A stretch of 64,000 nt of DNA from Candidatus Eiseniibacteriota bacterium (GTDB lineage Bacteria; Eisenbacteria; RBG-16-71-46): positions 4,064,001-4,128,000 of the forward strand of contig OY970342.1 in assembly GCA_963717505.1 (NCBI GenBank), written 5' to 3'. The notes under the pieces are model-generated. The model was not told the DNA's origin. It saw only the letters and a list, made by a program, of their open reading frames with translations, and ran no database searches. Shown in pieces: positions 1 through 13,446 of this stretch (position 1 is its first letter; each line of letters begins with the position of its first letter). Made by a program: the position numbers and the translations under genes.

Positions 1-274
1 GCTGCCCGGGCGCCATCAGGTTGGTGACCGCGGCCTCCATGGCACCGGTGCCCGATGCGGCGAGCAGGAACACTTCGCCTTGCGTGCGGTGCAGCTCGCG
101 CAGGGCGTCGGTCACGCGCTTGAAGGTCGCGCGGAAGACGTCGGTGCGATGATGTGGCGGCACCTGCGACAGAGCGCTCAGGATGCGGACCGGGATCTCC
201 ACCGGTCCCGGCGTGAACAACCGCGTCCGGGTGAACGTGCGCGTCGCGGGCGTGGCGGGAGTGGTCACGGTCAT
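1..274 (-). CDS. Class V PLP aminotransferase (alanine-glyoxylate/serine-pyruvate family), 3' part outside window
   Basis: Manual translation (absent from the ORF track): MTVTTPATPATRTFTRTRLFTPGPVEIP...PHHRT...FLLAASGTGAMEAAVTNL. The LFTPGP and SGTGAMEAA motifs are typical of this family. Confidence 0.88.
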   Translation of the reverse strand, partial: MTVTTPATPATRTFTRTRLFTPGPVEIPVRILSALSQVPPHHRTDVFRATFKRVTDALRELHRTQGEVFLLAASGTGAMEAAVTNLMAPGQ

Positions 275-358
275 GGGGCAGCGGCTCCGTTCGATGGGGT
301 CAGCGTGCCGGAACCGGGTCATCATGCCCGCGGCGCGCCGCGCGTTCAACCGGAAGGC

Positions 359-507
359 CGCCACCGGCAAGAGAGGGCGGTCCTCGCCGGACCGTGCGGA
401 GACGCGCGCAGCCAGGGATGGCGGAGCGCGTCGAGCACAGAGCGAGGCGGAGCAGGATGGCGGAGCCGAGCGTGTCCGAGCGAGGACCGCCATCCTTGCC
501 GGTGGCG
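359..507. repeat. Long imperfect inverted repeat (REP/MITE-like) just downstream of lon
   Basis: CGCCACCGGCAAG (359-371) pairs with 495-507, GGCGGTCCTCGC (376-387) with 480-491, and CGGAC (388-392) with 474-478. The loop holds GGATGGCGGAGC twice (416-427, 455-466). Confidence 0.7.
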
Positions 508-515
508 AGGCCGAA

Positions 516-3023
<2,508 letters not shown>

Positions 3024-3056
3024 GATCGAATACCTCCAGGTGCCTCGATGTGCGAA

Positions 3057-3079
3057 GGGCGGCCGCTGCGCGGCCGCCC
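3057..3079 (-). terminator. GC-rich hairpin between clpX and lon
   Basis: GGGCGGCCGC-TGC-GCGGCCGCCC, a 10-bp stem with only a weak U-tract; may be a stabilising or processing hairpin instead. Confidence 0.4.
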
Positions 3080-3087
3080 CCGCTCGC

Positions 3088-4347
<1,260 letters not shown>

Positions 4348-4366
4348 GACGTCCTTCGGCCGGCCC

Positions 4367-4951
4367 TTACTTCCGTTTGTCGAGAATCTCGTCGATGAGA
4401 CCGTACGCCTTGGCTTCTTCGCTGGACATGAAATTGTTGCGATCGGTGTCGCGGACGATGGTTTCGATCGACTGGCCACAGTGACGGGCCAGGATGCCGT
4501 TCAGCTGGTCCTTCATCTTGAGCATCTCTTTGGTGTAGATCTCGATGTCGGTCGCCTGACCCTGGGTGCCGCCCCACGGCTGATGAATCATGATCCGCGA
4601 GTTGGGCAGCGCCGAGCGCTTGCCTTTGGCCCCGCCCGCGAGCAGCACGGCGCCCATGCTGGCCGCCTGGCCCATGCACAGCGTCGCGACGTTCGGCTTC
4701 ACGAACTGCATGGTATCGTAGATCGCAAGTCCGGCGGTGACACTGCCCCCCGGGCTGTGGATGTACAGGTTGATGTCGCGATCGGGATCCTCGCCCTCGA
4801 GGAAGATCATCTGGGCGATCGCCAGATTCGCGATCTGGTCGTCGATCGGTGTCCCGATGAAGATGATGCGGTCCTTGAGCAGGCGCGAATAGATGTCGTA
4901 CGCGCGCTCGCCCCGCCCGGTCTGCTCGACGACGATGGGAACCAGACCCAT
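4367..4951 (-). CDS. clpP: Clp protease proteolytic subunit ClpP
   Basis: [26 protein letters not shown]; start may be 4960. Confidence 0.98.
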   Translation of the reverse strand: MGLVPIVVEQTGRGERAYDIYSRLLKDRIIFIGTPIDDQIANLAIAQMIFLEGEDPDRDINLYIHSPGGSVTAGLAIYDTMQFVKPNVATLCMGQAASMGAVLLAGGAKGKRSALPNSRIMIHQPWGGTQGQATDIEIYTKEMLKMKDQLNGILARHCGQSIETIVRDTDRNNFMSSEEAKAYGLIDEILDKRK

Positions 4952-4973
4952 ATCCCGCATTCCTCCCTGAGGT

Positions 4974-6272
4974 TCAGCGACCTGCCGGTACTACGATCGG
5001 ACTCGCTCCGACGGCGTCTTCCTGAATCTCGGCGGCGTTGACCAGCCACTCGAGCGCCTTGCGCTCGCGCAGCGAATCCTGCAGCAGCTCCCGCCGCTCC
5101 GGCGTCTGATAATACGCGCGGACCCGCGCCGCACGGCGCGGATCCGACTGCACCATCCGTTGAATCTCGGCCGCGACCTCGTCCTCGCTCACCTCGAGCC
5201 CCTCCTGACGAGCCACGGCGTCCAGCAACACGGACCGGCGCAGGGATCGCTCCACCCCGGGACGATACCGCGGTTCCAGCTCCTGGCGCAGCGTCTCGGG
5301 CACCTCGCCCTCGCCCGCCGCCTCGGCGATCACCCGCTCGAGGGTCGAATCGACCCATCGCGACGGGAGATCGAACGAATGGCGCCGGACCAGCTCGGCG
5401 GCCAGAGCGTCCTCGACCTCGCGCTGCATTCGGACGCGCTCCTCGCCCTCGAGGTTCAAACGGATCCTGGACCGAAGCTCCTCGAGGGACCCTAGCTCGA
5501 ACACGTCCCGAGCCAGAGTATCGTCCATTTCTCGCAACTTCTTGTGCTGGATTCGCCGGATTTTCACGATATAGCGGACTTTCTTGCCCGAAAGGTCAGG
5601 AATCGCGTAGTCGGCGGGGTACTGTACCTCGAACGTCCGCTCCTGGCCCGCGACCGCTCCGAGCAGTCCGTTCTCGAGGTCCGGGAGCAAATCCGGAGCC
5701 CCCAGCTGGATTCGGCGGTTCTTGGCTCGGGACGACGGCAGGCGGCGGCCGTTGGCATCGAGGCGAGTCGAGTCGAGCAAGACCACGTCGCCGCGCTCGG
5801 CGGGGCGGTCCAGGTCGACGAAGACCGCGGACTGCTCGCGCAGATCCTCGAGCACGCGGTTCACCGCCGCCTCGTCCACCGGCTTCGCCGTGCGTTTGGC
5901 CGGCAGCCCGCGGTAGTTCTTGGCTTCGACCTCGGGCTTGACGTCGACCACGACTTCGAAGCGCAGCGGCTGGCCGGGGCCAAAACTCAGCTCTCGAACC
6001 AGCGGGGTGACGACCGGCGTCAGCCGCGCCTCCTCGATCGCCTCACGCGCGAGACGAGGAACGAACGTCTCCAGGAATTGCTGCTCGACGTGCTCGGCGA
6101 AGTGCTGGCGCACCATCTCGAGCGGCACACGGCCGCGCCGGAATCCCGGCAGGCTGGCCCGGTGCTGCACGTGGGTCGCGACTTCGTCGAGCCTGCGCTC
6201 GACTTCCTCGACCGGAAGTTCGAGATCGAGCGTGTGCTGCCAGGCCCCGGTCGCGCGGGACGAGACGTTCAT
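4974..6272 (-). CDS. tig: Trigger factor
   Basis: PGFRRGRVP ribosome-binding motif, FKBP-like middle domain, tig-clpP-clpX-lon synteny. Confidence 0.95.
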   Translation of the reverse strand: MNVSSRATGAWQHTLDLELPVEEVERRLDEVATHVQHRASLPGFRRGRVPLEMVRQHFAEHVEQQFLETFVPRLAREAIEEARLTPVVTPLVRELSFGPGQPLRFEVVVDVKPEVEAKNYRGLPAKRTAKPVDEAAVNRVLEDLREQSAVFVDLDRPAERGDVVLLDSTRLDANGRRLPSSRAKNRRIQLGAPDLLPDLENGLLGAVAGQERTFEVQYPADYAIPDLSGKKVRYIVKIRRIQHKKLREMDDTLARDVFELGSLEELRSRIRLNLEGEERVRMQREVEDALAAELVRRHSFDLPSRWVDSTLERVIAEAAGEGEVPETLRQELEPRYRPGVERSLRRSVLLDAVARQEGLEVSEDEVAAEIQRMVQSDPRRAARVRAYYQTPERRELLQDSLRERKALEWLVNAAEIQEDAVGASPIVVPAGR

Positions 6273-6287
6273 GAAATCCCCTTCGTC

Positions 6288-6311
6288 AAAAAGGCCGGCG
6301 CGCTGCCGGCC
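6288..6311 (-). terminator. Intrinsic terminator after tRNA-Leu
   Basis: Minus strand GGCCGGC-AGCGC-GCCGGCC followed by TTTTT. Confidence 0.65.
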
Positions 6312-6333
6312 CGCATCGTTCGCGGTTCCGGTG

Positions 6334-6418
6334 TGGTGCGAGAGGGGGGATTTGAACCCCCACGAGTTTCCCCACTGGAACCTAAATCCAGCGCGTCTGC
6401 CAGTTCCGCCACTCTCGC
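6334..6418 (-). tRNA. tRNA-Leu (anticodon TAG)
   Basis: GCGAGAGTGGCGGAACTGGCAGACGCGCTGGATTTAGGTTCCAGT...GGTTCAAATCC...CTCTCGCACCA; long variable arm, encoded CCA; TATAAT at 6469-6474 (minus strand) upstream. Confidence 0.96.
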
Positions 6419-6538
6419 ATCACGCGGCGAGCCCCGCAATCCGAACGGCGGCCTGCGGTTGCCGCAACATTATAGCGCACCCGAGGCGCCACTCCCGACC
6501 CACCGCCGACGGCTGACGACTCTGCCAGCGGTGACTCT

Positions 6539-7702
6539 CTAGAAGTTCCCGACCACCGTGACCGCGAGCCGGTCCTCGTACGAAGTCGGGCTCGGGTCGC
6601 GCGAGATCGAACGGTGGAGCACGCCGATGTCGAGTTGTATCCCGCCCAGGAACCAACCGATGCCGAGACCCACCGAGCCTGCGTGATCCTCGGGCACGCC
6701 TTCCTCGGACTCGATTCCGAGACCGAGGCGCAGCGTCCAGGGATCGCGCACGTCGTGGAACTCGATCGCGAGCGCTCCCGAGGCCGCGGGCCCCGACTCG
6801 ACGCCGAATCCGCTCCACGCCGCGGCCGTTCGACCGCCGCCGCCGCCAACCACGCGCAGGGCCGACGTGGCCTGCCAACAGACCGAGACCCCACCTTCGA
6901 TCATCGACTCTCGTTCGCCGGAAATGACCGCCACGCTGTCGCCAGAAAGCAGATTGAAGCGCTGCTCGCCTTCGAGCGTCATCGCGGGAGTCCAACGTGC
7001 CTGAGCGCCCACCGAGAAGCCTCCGGCTTCGGGCATCTCGGCGCCCCAGCGCACGCCGGCCTGGAAGCCGATGCCATCGCCGGAAAAGTCCAGATGGCGA
7101 AATCCCATGTCGGGCGAACCCGAAGTCTCATCGACCTCGTACAGGTCGTCGCGATGCGTCCACTCGACGGCCGCACCCAGGCGCAGTGCACCGGAGCCGC
7201 CCGAGATTCCGGCGCCGCCCCGGACCTCGCGGGTCGTGCCGCTGCTGGCGATCACCGCCGGTTGCACCGGACCGCCGGGTTCCCCGCGTAGGAACGCATT
7301 CTCCTCGAGTCTCAGGACCGGCTGATGGAGGTAGACGACCAACATCGCGCCCCGGATCGGGAACGCGCCCCAACCACCACCCCAATCCAGGAAGAAGGAG
7401 GTCTCGTCAAACGTGCGCGCGTCGGTGCGCAGATCCTGTCGACTCACCCGGTAGAGCATCCCGGTGCCCTGAGCTCGGCCCTGCACCGGCAGCGCCGGAT
7501 TGTCGAACGGCTCGAGTCCGAGCCAGCGGTCGGCGAGCGCCAGGCCGGCGAGAGCTGCGGATCCGGGTGAGGCCATCGACCCCGGGAACGACCAGAGGCC
7601 TTGATCGAGGGGCGAGGGGGGTTGGGCCGCGCAGGGCAACGCGCCGGCAATCGACAACATCGCGGCCAGCGCCAGCGAGCGGCCGTTCGGGCGGAAATGC
7701 AT
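6539..7702 (-). CDS. Outer-membrane beta-barrel protein, possibly FadL/PorV-like
   Basis: Signal peptide (SLALAAMLSIAGALPCAA), hatch-like segment AALAGLALAD...NPAL, amphipathic strands, C-terminal Phe. Confidence 0.6.
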   Translation of the reverse strand: MHFRPNGRSLALAAMLSIAGALPCAAQPPSPLDQGLWSFPGSMASPGSAALAGLALADRWLGLEPFDNPALPVQGRAQGTGMLYRVSRQDLRTDARTFDETSFFLDWGGGWGAFPIRGAMLVVYLHQPVLRLEENAFLRGEPGGPVQPAVIASSGTTREVRGGAGISGGSGALRLGAAVEWTHRDDLYEVDETSGSPDMGFRHLDFSGDGIGFQAGVRWGAEMPEAGGFSVGAQARWTPAMTLEGEQRFNLLSGDSVAVISGERESMIEGGVSVCWQATSALRVVGGGGGRTAAAWSGFGVESGPAASGALAIEFHDVRDPWTLRLGLGIESEEGVPEDHAGSVGLGIGWFLGGIQLDIGVLHRSISRDPSPTSYEDRLAVTVVGNF

Positions 7703-7703
7703 G

Positions 7704-8921
7704 TCAGGCTCCGTACTTGTCCAATCGCCCGGCGTTGGCAAGCAATAGCGCCATCAGGTCACTGCTGGCAAGTGTCCCCAGGCTTCCGCTTCGACATGCT
7801 TTCTCGTGGAATTCGGGAGCGCCGTCGGCCCCGGCGTTGCGGGCGTGGATCAGGACCGGCACCGGATGCCACGAGTGGCCCTTGATTGCGACCGGCGTCG
7901 AGTGGTCGCCGGTCACGCACAGGACCTCGGGGCGCAGCTCCATCAGTTCCGGGAGCGCGCGGTCGACCGCTTCGATCGCCGCGACCTTGGCCTCGAAGTT
8001 CCCGTCTTCGCCCGCCATGTCGGTCGCCTTCATGTGGATGAAGAAGAAGTCGTGCGTGCTCCAGATCTGCATCGCCTGGGTGAACGCGGCCTCGGGCGGC
8101 TCGTCGACCGCGAACACGTCCATGCCGGCGAGCTGCGCCACGCCGCGATACATTGGATAGGCGGCGATCGCCGCGGCGCGCAGTCCAAAGCGCTCGGCGT
8201 AGGTGCGCAGCCGCGGCCGCGCGGAGAGTCCGCGCACCAGTGCGGCGTTGGCCGGCGTCTCGTCGGCCAGCACCTGCTTGGCGCGCGCGACGAAGGCGTT
8301 CACCAGTCGCGCGGTTTTCGCCGAACCCGGATCGCCGCTGCGCGGCGTCGAGGCGGGGATCGGGCGGCCTTCGTGGTGCGGATCGGCGTCGGTCACGTCA
8401 CCGGCGAGTCCCGGGCCGCGAAACACCGCGACGAACCGGTGCCCCTTCCCCGCCTGGAGCACGACCGTCGTGTCTTCGAAGCGCGCGGCGTCTTGCTTGA
8501 GTTTGTCGACCAGCCGCGCACACACCTCGCTCGCGATCCTTCCCGCGCGCCGATCGGTGACGATTCCCGCGCCATCGACGGTGCAGAAGTTGGCGCGTGC
8601 CGCGACGTCGCCCGGCTGAAGCTCCATTCCGGCACCGAGGGCTTCGAGCACCCCGCGTCCGACCTGGGTCGCGACTGGGTCGTAGCCGAACAACGCGAGA
8701 TGACCGGGACCACTGCCGGGCGTGATCCCCGGCGCCACCGGCGTCAGCCGGCCCATTGCCGAGTGCGGCGCCAGCGAATCCAGGTTCGGAGTGCTCGCCG
8801 CGGCCAGCGGCGTCGCCCCGTTGTGCCGCGGATGCGGCAGATCCCCGAGCCCGTCGAGGATCAGCATGACGATCCGGCTCTCGTTCTTGAGGACCAGTGA
8901 TTCGAAAGGATCGAGCGGCAT
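7704..8921 (-). CDS. apgM: 2,3-bisphosphoglycerate-independent phosphoglycerate mutase (ApgM type)
   Basis: LILDGLGD, TPLAAASTPNLD, PGSGPGHLALFGYDP, GRGVLEALG, TGDHSTP, HSWHPVP. Confidence 0.93.
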   Translation of the reverse strand: MPLDPFESLVLKNESRIVMLILDGLGDLPHPRHNGATPLAAASTPNLDSLAPHSAMGRLTPVAPGITPGSGPGHLALFGYDPVATQVGRGVLEALGAGMELQPGDVAARANFCTVDGAGIVTDRRAGRIASEVCARLVDKLKQDAARFEDTTVVLQAGKGHRFVAVFRGPGLAGDVTDADPHHEGRPIPASTPRSGDPGSAKTARLVNAFVARAKQVLADETPANAALVRGLSARPRLRTYAERFGLRAAAIAAYPMYRGVAQLAGMDVFAVDEPPEAAFTQAMQIWSTHDFFFIHMKATDMAGEDGNFEAKVAAIEAVDRALPELMELRPEVLCVTGDHSTPVAIKGHSWHPVPVLIHARNAGADGAPEFHEKACRSGSLGTLASSDLMALLLANAGRLDKYGA

Positions 8922-9082
8922 GTCGGCTCCGGGTGGCAAGCGGCCGGCGACAGTACGCGCCGGAGCCGCGAATCGCAACGCGGGCGTGACGCAGGGTGAA
9001 GGTTGGCCTATGCTGCCCGGCCGTCTTCCCGAGCACAGGCCGGCGCGCGCGCCGCCATCCCCATTACCGGAGGTTTCGCTTC

Positions 9083-9949
9083 ATGGCCATTCAGAAGGTC
9101 GGCGTCGTGGGTTGCGGACTGATGGGCGCGGGAATCGCCCAGGTCAGCGCACAAGCCGGATTCCCCACCGTGGTGCGCGAGGTGTCGAAGGACCTGCTCG
9201 ACAAAGGCATGGGTTCGATCATGAAGTTCCTGCAGGCCGGGGTCGAGCGCGGCAAGGTTGCGCCCTTCGAGCTGGACAAGGTGAAGCAAAACCTCAAAGG
9301 AACCACCGAGCTGAAGGACCTGGCCGGCTGCGACCTGGTGATCGAGGCGGTCACCGAGAATCTGGCGCTCAAGAAGGAGCTGTTCGGCGAGCTGGACAAA
9401 CTGTGCGGCCCGGACGCGATTTTTGCCAGCAATACGTCGAGTCTATCGGTCACGGAGATGAGCACGTTCGTCCAGCGCTCGGGGCGGATGATCGGACTGC
9501 ACTTCTTCAATCCGGTGCCGCTGATGAAGCTGGTCGAAGTCGTGCGCACCGTGCGCACCGCACCCGACGTGATTCCGGCCGCGAATGCGTGGTGCCTGGC
9601 GATCGGCAAGACCGCGGTCAACTGTGGCGACTCGACCGGGTTCGTGGTCAACCGCCTGCTGGTGCCTTATATGGTGGACGCAGTCCGCGTGTTCGAGCAG
9701 GGACTGGCGAGCCGCGACGACATCGACAACGCCATGAAGCTCGGCTGCGGCTATCCAATGGGACCGCTGTTCCTGACCGACTACGTCGGGCTCGACACCA
9801 CCGTGTACATCTGCGACATCATGTTCAACGAGTTCAAGGAGCCGCGCTTCGCCGCCCCACCGTTGCTCAAGCGCATGGTGCTCGCCGGGCTGCATGGACG
9901 GAAGACCGGCAAGGGCTTCTACGACTGGAGCACCAACCCGCCGTCGTGA
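9083..9949 (+). CDS. hbd: 3-hydroxybutyryl-CoA dehydrogenase
   Basis: GVVGCGLMGAGIA Rossmann motif, ASNTSSL, HFFNPVP, GFVVNRLL, PMGPL; GGAGG RBS. Confidence 0.93.
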   Translation: MAIQKVGVVGCGLMGAGIAQVSAQAGFPTVVREVSKDLLDKGMGSIMKFLQAGVERGKVAPFELDKVKQNLKGTTELKDLAGCDLVIEAVTENLALKKELFGELDKLCGPDAIFASNTSSLSVTEMSTFVQRSGRMIGLHFFNPVPLMKLVEVVRTVRTAPDVIPAANAWCLAIGKTAVNCGDSTGFVVNRLLVPYMVDAVRVFEQGLASRDDIDNAMKLGCGYPMGPLFLTDYVGLDTTVYICDIMFNEFKEPRFAAPPLLKRMVLAGLHGRKTGKGFYDWSTNPPS

Positions 9950-9962
9950 GGGCTCGCGTCAC

Positions 9963-10514
9963 TCACCACAGGTACGGCGGCTCGCTGCCCAGCATCCGCA
10001 GGTAGACGCCGAGCTGCGCGCGGTGGTGGATCTCGTGCTCGTGCACGCGATCGAGGATCCAGTGCACCGTGTATCGCCGTCCTTGTCTCGTCTGGGACAC
10101 GATTTCGCGCGCCAGCTCGGACTCCGGACGGTCGAGCCACGCCTGCGTGGGACGGTGCCACTCCTCGATCAGCGCGAGCAGGCTCGCGCGATCCGGCGCA
10201 TCCACGACGATCCGGAACCCCTGCGCCGGATCGTCGAGCGGCACGACCCACTCCTCATCCATGCCGCCGTCGATCTCGCAATGGACCCAGGCTCGCTCGG
10301 TTTCGGCGAGGTGGACGACCAGCTCGCGCACCGTCATCAGCTCCGGCCGCGGCTTGAAGTCCAGGTCCTTCTCGGGGACTGCCTCCACGAGTCGCACGAG
10401 CCCGGGGCGCACCTGAGTGTCCCACCAGGGGAAGTGCGCCCGGATCGTGCCGGCGTGCTCGGCGCCGGACCGCCGGCGTTCGACGAGCGGGTCGGGGGTC
10501 GTACTGCTGCTCAT
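9963..10514 (-). CDS. DinB family protein
   Basis: LDFKP...TVRELVVHLAETE and HEIHHRAQLGVYLRMLG..PP. Confidence 0.88.
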   Translation of the reverse strand: MSSSTTPDPLVERRRSGAEHAGTIRAHFPWWDTQVRPGLVRLVEAVPEKDLDFKPRPELMTVRELVVHLAETERAWVHCEIDGGMDEEWVVPLDDPAQGFRIVVDAPDRASLLALIEEWHRPTQAWLDRPESELAREIVSQTRQGRRYTVHWILDRVHEHEIHHRAQLGVYLRMLGSEPPYLW

Positions 10515-10563
10515 GACATCGAGCTCCTCGCCTCGCCGCCATGTCGATTGTCCACGAAGCCAC

Positions 10564-12609
10564 CTACCAGATTTGAACGTGCACCGAATCCGGGCGGTAC
10601 ATGCGGTCGCCGGGTTTCACGCCGAAAGCCTCGCAGAATTCGGTCAGGTTCGCGGCCGGACCGTTCACGCGCAGGAAGCTCGGAGCGTGGACGTCGGTCT
10701 TCACGCGAACCGCCAGCACCTCGGGACGCAGCTCGGTCATCCAGCCCAGCGACCAGCCGATGAAATAGCGCTGGGCCGGCGTGAACCCACCCATCGGCTG
10801 ACCGCTCCGGTATTGGTCGGTCTTGGTGAACGCATCCCAGCCGAGCTGCATCCCGCCCAGGTCCGCGATGTTCTCACCCTGGGTGGCCTCGCCGTTACAG
10901 TGCAGGCTGTCCACCACCACGTAGTCGTCGAACTGCGCCACGATCCGATCGGCGCGGCGGCGAAACTCCTTCTCGTCGGGCGGGGTCCACCAACTCTCGA
11001 GGTTACCCTTCTCGTCGAACTGCCGGCCCTCATCGTCGAAGCCGTGCGTGATCTCGTGTCCAATCGTGGTGCCGCCTGCGTACGAATAGACGATGGCGTC
11101 GTCCACCAGTGAATCGGCGATCCCAGGCAGGATGAAGATGGCGGCCGGCAAGACGATCTCGTTGTTCGACGGGTTGTAGTAGGCGTTGTAGGTCTGCGGC
11201 GTCATCTCCCATTCGGTGCGGTCCACCGGCTTGTACAGCTTGGCAATGTAGAAGTCGCTGAGCCAGGCGTTGCCGCGCATGCAATTCTCGAGAAACGAAT
11301 CGCGCTCGACGACGTAGGCCGAGTAATCGCGCCACTTGTCGGGGTAGCCCACCTTCTTCACCACCGACGACAGCTTGCCGAGTGCGCGCGCGCGCGTCTT
11401 CTCGCTCATCCACTCGAGGCGGCCGATCCGCTCGCGGAACGCGGCGAAGATCTCGTCGGTGAGCTTCTCGTAACGCTCCTTGGTGTGCGGCGTGAAATAC
11501 CTCGCAACGTAGAGCTGGCCGAGCGCATCCCCCAGGTAGTTCTCCTGGTGATCCAGCATCCGCTTCCAGCGCGGGCGCTGCTCGGGGGTGCCGTTGAGGA
11601 TGGTGCCGAAGAAATGGAAGTTTTCGGCCTCGAACCGACCTCCCGCCTGCTCGGCGAACGCATCGACCAGGCGCCAGCGCAGGTAGACCTGCCAGTCGTC
11701 GAGCGGCCGCGAACGCAGGGACTTCTCCACCTGGCGGAAGAACTCCGGCTGTCCGACCACGACGGTGTCGATGGTCTTGATACCACCGTCTTCGAACAAG
11801 GACCGCCAGCGGACCGAAGGTGCGAGACGCCCCAGATCATCCACCCGCATCAGGTTGTAGTTGGCCTGGGGGTCGCGCAGATCCTCGAGCTTCCGCGAGG
11901 CACGGGCCATCTCGGTCTCGAGCGCCATGATGGTCCCCGCGTGGGCACTGGCGGCGACCGAGTCGTCTCCCATCAGGACGAGCATCTTCGCCACGTGGAT
12001 GACGTACTCGCGGCGTAGCATCGCGGAGCGGGCGTCGGTGTCGAAGTAGTAGTCGCGGTTCGGCAGCCCGAGGCCGCCCTGGTACAGGTGCACCACGTAA
12101 CGGGCACTGTTCTTCTCATCCTGGGAGATGAAAGTGGCGCACATCGCGTCCACGCCGAGGTACTGGAGATGGCCGACCGCCGCCACCAGTCCCTCGAGGT
12201 CGCGGATCGCGTTGATCCTCGCGAATTCCTCGGCGAGCGGCGCGATGCCCTGCTGCTCGATCGTGGCGGTGTCCATCGCAGCGTGCCAGAAGGCGCCAAT
12301 CTTCTGGCGGTTGGTGCCGGCGGCCGCCTCCATGTCCCGCGCGGCGTCGTCACTGATCTCGACCAACCGGCGGTAGGTTTCCTCCTGCACCACCTTGGCG
12401 ACTCCCCACGAACGCTCACTAGGGGGAATCGGATGGTCCTTGAGCCACTTCCCCACGGAATAGCGGAAGAAGTCGTCCCGTGGTGAAACCGAGGGATCCA
12501 CGAACTGCGCGAGGTAGGTGTCGGCCGTGGCCAAACGCGACGACGTCCGCGGTTGGCACGCCAGTGCGGGCAGCGCGAGGACGAGCATGGCGGGCAGCAG
12601 GCGTTTCAT
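10564..12609 (-). CDS. M13 family metalloendopeptidase, lipoprotein
   Basis: Lipobox LALPALAC, NAYY, HEITH, GENIAD. Confidence 0.95.
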   Translation of the reverse strand: MKRLLPAMLVLALPALACQPRTSSRLATADTYLAQFVDPSVSPRDDFFRYSVGKWLKDHPIPPSERSWGVAKVVQEETYRRLVEISDDAARDMEAAAGTNRQKIGAFWHAAMDTATIEQQGIAPLAEEFARINAIRDLEGLVAAVGHLQYLGVDAMCATFISQDEKNSARYVVHLYQGGLGLPNRDYYFDTDARSAMLRREYVIHVAKMLVLMGDDSVAASAHAGTIMALETEMARASRKLEDLRDPQANYNLMRVDDLGRLAPSVRWRSLFEDGGIKTIDTVVVGQPEFFRQVEKSLRSRPLDDWQVYLRWRLVDAFAEQAGGRFEAENFHFFGTILNGTPEQRPRWKRMLDHQENYLGDALGQLYVARYFTPHTKERYEKLTDEIFAAFRERIGRLEWMSEKTRARALGKLSSVVKKVGYPDKWRDYSAYVVERDSFLENCMRGNAWLSDFYIAKLYKPVDRTEWEMTPQTYNAYYNPSNNEIVLPAAIFILPGIADSLVDDAIVYSYAGGTTIGHEITHGFDDEGRQFDEKGNLESWWTPPDEKEFRRRADRIVAQFDDYVVVDSLHCNGEATQGENIADLGGMQLGWDAFTKTDQYRSGQPMGGFTPAQRYFIGWSLGWMTELRPEVLAVRVKTDVHAPSFLRVNGPAANLTEFCEAFGVKPGDRMYRPDSVHVQIW

Positions 12610-12768
12610 GTCGGAAGGCTCCGGGTGGATGCGCGTCGGACCTGCCCGAGGAATGTAGCGGGCGGCGGCACTCTCGGCGCGATGACGCCGTCGGTCAAGC
12701 GTTCGCCCGCCAATTCGGCCGACAGCCGCCGAAGCGACGACCGGTGCGGCGCGGCCAACCCGGATGCC

Positions 12769-12797
12769 TTGCCGCGCTCGGGTCGTCTTCGTAGCCT
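12769..12797 (+). promoter_or_regulatory. Sigma70-type promoter giving a probably leaderless transcript
   Basis: TTGCCG-N17-TAGCCT, 6 nt before the ATG at 12804. Confidence 0.55.
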
Positions 12798-12803
12798 ACG
12801 TGA

Positions 12804-13384
12804 ATGGGCCTGACGCTGCGCACGATGTCCGAGGTGGGCTTGGACCTCGCCGCTGCCACACTCGACCGCGGGTTCTCGGACTACGTCGTCAAGGTCCCGT
12901 TCACCAGCGCGCTGCTGCTGCAGATGATCCGGCAGGACAGCGTGGACCCCGCGCTGAGCGCGGTGGTGATGGACGGAGAGGCACCCCTCGGCGCGGGGCT
13001 GGTCGCGCGCCGGGGCTGGACGTTGCGTCTAGCCGCCATGTCGATCGTCCCCGAGGCGCGGCGCCACGGCGCCGGGGCGTTTCTCGTGCGCGAGCTGCTC
13101 GCGGCGTCCGTCGCGCGCGGGGAACGCGCGATGGTGCTGGAAGTCATCGAGTCCAACGAACCCGCGCGATCGTGATCCGCACGGTGGTCACGCTGCCCGA
13201 GGCGCGGGGCCGCGGTCGCGCGCGCGAGCTGATCGAGGCGCTGGCCCGCGCGTTTCCCGATCGACCGCTCACGGTGTCGCCGATCTGCCCCGAGCCGTTC
13301 GCACCGCTGTTCGAGGGCGCGGGTTTCGCGCGCACGCCGCTCAGTCAGCTCATGATGCGCGTAGGCCTTCCTCACCAGCGATGA
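12804..13384 (+). pseudogene. Tandem-domain GNAT acetyltransferase with internal deletion/frameshift
   Basis: First frame (12804-13175) ends at LEVIESNEPARS* before the expected LY..GF. Second frame (13172-13384) has another motif A (LPEARGRGRA) and LFEGAGF. Confidence 0.65.
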
Positions 13385-13446
13385 AACACATCGAGTTCCC
13401 GAGCGAGCTCTGGACCAGGAACAGAACTTCCTAGGCGTCGTCGGGC

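Noticed and set aside
6334-6418. tRNA-Leu as an island integration site
   Set aside because: No duplicated tRNA 3' end or integrase seen; normal tRNA-tig synteny.
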